Below are positions 60,831 to 64,000 of a DNA stretch of 64,000 nucleotides, piece by piece. The stretch's first letter is position 1. The number at the start of each line of letters is the position of its first letter. This DNA is from Felis catus (lineage: Eukaryota). A program made the position numbers and the translations under genes. The notes under the pieces were generated by a model. That model made no database searches. It was not told the DNA's origin and was given only the letters and a program-made list of their open reading frames with translations. The stretch spans positions 10,354,001-10,418,000 of the forward strand of contig NC_058376.1 in the NCBI RefSeq assembly GCF_018350175.1, read 5' to 3'.

Positions 60831-60984
60831 GAAACCAAACAACTTGACCCTCCAAGCCAAAGGGTGTAATTGAGAATTAACCTGAAAATAGTTTCACACA
60901 AGCTATAAAATTCTGTGTTCTCAAACCGGTGATACAGACTTCTCTGCGTGAAAAGAACAATCACCCACCCACGCGTGCATGCGG

Positions 60985-60989
60985 GCACG

Positions 60990-61026
<37 letters not shown>
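60985..61026. repeat. (GC)n(AC)n alternating purine-pyrimidine tract
   Basis: Direct reading. Confidence 0.95.
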
Positions 61027-61028
<2 letters not shown>

Positions 61029-62914
61029 CCCTCTCCAATCACGGAAAATGGCTCCTATCGGGGTTGCTTCAGAGCACAGCAGAGGGAGGCCACCGGGCAT
61101 CCCAGGGGTTCTGATCTTTGCTGGGGCTGCTCCAGCTACCCATACATTTTAAGGTTCTCTTCCTGAAGTTTCAGATTTGCTTCTGTTCCACTGTCCAAAA
61201 ACACAGGGTAGAAACAGACCATCTGCATCCCTCCATCGTCCTGTGTTCGTGATGAATAACCAACTACCCTGGGGGAATAAGAATTGCCCTTATTTGTAAG
61301 GATTTCCAGAGAGTCATATCATTTTCCCATTTCCTCCCCTAGAAACGTCTTCCAATTTGTAAACTCTCCTGTCAGGCAGCTCCTCATGGGAAATCACTCC
61401 TCAGACTCTTCCTTGCAAGCCCATCTTCCCATTTCTGTGACCGTTTAGTCTTTATCTCACGCATGCTTCCCGCTGACTTGCCATGTTCTCCCAATTAAAG
61501 CTGCTATGCTTGATCCACATAAATATAAGTCCCCATACATGTGGGCTAATCCAGGTATAGACTCTAATAATAAATAGCTGAACTGGACGATGAAAGTCTT
61601 TACTCAAACAAAAACTCAAGTCAAAGGATAATTCATTCTTAGGGAAGGAGGAGAGGATGAGCCAAGGCTAGCACGAGCCAGGTATGAACAGTGAAGTTCA
61701 CGGTCTATTGGGAGCGTAGGCTGCCTGTCGGACTGACACTCGGGAAGCTCTGTGGGAGGGCACGGTTCTCCAGGCCATGGAGGGCTTTGAATACACTCAA
61801 GAAGGAACCTTCTGTGGTGGACAATTGCTCAAATCGATGCACGATTATTTATTTTCATGACCTTGCAGACCTCACTGAAATGTCCTCAATGAACTTCTTT
61901 CTCATCTAAGCGCTCTTATAAACAAATGAATAAAAAGATAGCGAGTGGAAAATAATAAACATGATTTTTCTACATATTCCAGAATTTCCACATCCATCAT
62001 GGCCGTATCCTTCAGGGTAGTTCCCTGGGCAAATCTGCAGCAGGTCACCAGCTCCCAGTTTTGGAGCTGCTCTTTGGAAGTGACTTCTGGCGTCCGTTTG
62101 GGGGCTGAACAAGTACAACAGCCTCCTGACTTTGAAATCGCACTTCACTGTTGACCAAGACAAGCATTACCAGGCTTCATTACCCTTACCTATCACTAGT
62201 CTTGGTCTCAAGTGGCTCTCGCTGCATCTAAAGCTCAAATCCATTGCTCACGTTCCCGACACTGATGATTTCAGAGACTGTAATCGGCCCTGTGAGTACC
62301 GGGATGCTGAGAATTTTAGCATTACTAGAAAATAATGCAAAGTTACAAATACGTCTAGGTTGGAAGAGGCAAGATTACCAGCCTAAAGGTCTAATACACA
62401 GGGTTGAAAACATCAACTAATACACAAAAGCCCTGAAATACTACACAGCCTAATACGCAGGGTTGAAAACGTCAACTTCAACTTGCAGCAACACCTGCTT
62501 GAAAGAAAAACACAAACAAACAGAGCAGCCAGCCTGACGTAGCTATCTTCACGTCAGGTGCACTGGGTAGGAACTTAACTATATACCTGACCCTCACTCT
62601 CTAAAAAGTTAAAAGAATAAGATGCAGAAAGTGAATTAAAATTCTGCAAAGTCTTTTGGGGGAAGGCTAAGAGGTCGACTTTTGCCTCAGACATGTTCTA
62701 ATTGCTCATCGCGGGCAGATAAATGCACTGTGTGATATCAGGATATTGGTTTGGCTCCTCCAATAGATTCCAAATTACTGGGGCTCAAACAAGAAAAATG
62801 TGCACTCCTCTCTCTCGTGGAGTCTGGGTAGGTTGGTACGGCATTGTCAGAAACACTAGGAACACAGAGCCTTCTACCCCGATGAGCTGCCCTCTGCAAT
62901 GCCTGCCTCTTCCC

Positions 62915-63375
62915 TCATGGCCCAAAATGGCTGCTTCAGACCCCAATAACATGCCCACATTCCAGCCAGTCAGAGGAGACAATACGGAATGAGGATATCT
63001 TCTCTTTCCCTTTAAAAATTTTTTTCTAATGTTTATTTATTTTTGAGACAGAGAGAGACAGAGCATGAACGGGGGAGGGGCAGAGAGAGAGGGAGACACA
63101 GAATCGGAAGCAGGCTCCAGGCTCTGAGCCATCAGCCCAGAGCCCGACACGGGGTTCGAACTCACGGACCTCGAGATCATGACCTGAGCTGAAGTCGGAC
63201 GCTTAACCGACTGAGCCACCCAGGCGCCCCTACTCTTTCCCTTTAACAGCAGCTCTGAAATTCGCCCACAACGCTCCTGCTCGAAGGCCACTGGCCAGAG
63301 CCTAAACAAACACGAGGGGACGCCTGGCTGTAAAGGAAGCTGGGAAATATGCTCTTTTGTTGGGCAGCCGTATGC
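62915..63375 (-). mobile_element. MLT1-type LTR split by a SINE
   Basis: CAAAATGGCTGCTTCAG...CACATTCCAGCC; GCTGTAAAGGAAGCTGGGAAAT. Confidence 0.7.
63016..63230 (-). mobile_element. Can-SINE
   Basis: TSD CTCTTTCCCTTTAA at 63002-15 and 63233-46. Confidence 0.95.
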
Positions 63376-63384
63376 CAAATTAAG

Positions 63385-63620
63385 GATTTATTTGTTCATT
63401 TATTTGTTATTTATTGATTTATTTATATCCATTTACATTTACTATATTAATATATACTTAAGATAAATATAAGTATATAATATATAAAATATATTTTATA
63501 TAAATCTATTTGATATATTTAATATAATCTATAATAAAACATTTTATTTAGTACATAATACATGGCATATAATATAAATACCCGATTAGTGTTTCCACAT
63601 AATATATATATGTGTTGTGT
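63385..63620. repeat. AT-rich low-complexity tract
   Basis: Direct reading. Confidence 0.8.
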
Positions 63621-64000
63621 ATATGCACAAAAGAAACCGTCTGACTTATAGGACACTGAGGTTCCTGCAGATATTCGCCTCGTTCACACTGTGTCCATCC
63701 ATCCTCGGTCATATGCACTCAGCCCTCCCCTGTGGACCAAGCAGTGACGACCCGATTTCTGAGCAGTGGTCCCCACCTTTTCCTCACACTCAGGCTCCCG
63801 TCCCATCTGTACCCAGATGCGTTTGCACATGAGAATTACAGAAGGTAGACCCTTCGTGGGTGAAGGTTGGCCTCGTCTTCCTACAACAAAGACACACGGG
63901 TTGCAGGGGTTTCGTGCTCGCATCCTCTCAAAAGAGTCTATGGTTAACTTTCAGGGCTTTTGTAAGCTGGTCTTTAAACACAGCCATCATTCAAAATGAG

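Larger units (their letters stand above)
37706..64000 (+). other. RUNX1: Start of the long RUNX1 P1 intron (continues beyond the window)
   Basis: Donor GTGAGT at 37706; no downstream RUNX1 exon recognised. Confidence 0.9.

Noticed and set aside
1-64000. Endogenous FeLV or other ERV internal coding sequence near RUNX1
   Set aside because: Only ancient solo MaLR/ERVL LTRs seen; no gag, pol or env.

Overview
This is mammalian genomic DNA from a felid, judged by abundant Can-SINEs of the SINEC_Fc type and a feline-type L1 3' end, in a gapped assembly with 4 N-runs. The window holds the distal (P1) promoter end of RUNX1 on the + strand. It includes the visible part of non-coding exon 1 (37250-37331), a 257-nt mini-intron, and the first coding exon (ATG at 37648, MASDSIFESFPSYPQCFMR, the RUNX1c N-terminus). 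About 37 kb of upstream intergenic DNA precedes it and about 26 kb of the long P1 intron follows. No other protein-coding sequence, CRISPR array or prokaryotic system is supported; the other listed ORFs look like chance or repeat-derived frames. I found no wholly new biological system. The best leads are: (i) a 5'-truncated L1 carrying a 3'-transduced tag with its own AATAAA; (ii) dense GATA/RUNX/ETS/E-box clusters at about +2.6, +7.5 and +23.1 kb; (iii) an assembly gap at +22.4 kb that may hide the known +23/eR1 enhancer core, and another over the P1 TSS; (iv) a CpG-dense, G-tract-rich block just downstream of a promoter usually described as CpG-poor; (v) two uORFs added if the 5'UTR intron is retained; (vi) a 205/206-identical inverted SINE pair. 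Repeat family names come from pattern recognition, not RepeatMasker, and their boundaries are approximate. Motif calls were made by eye and are unscored.
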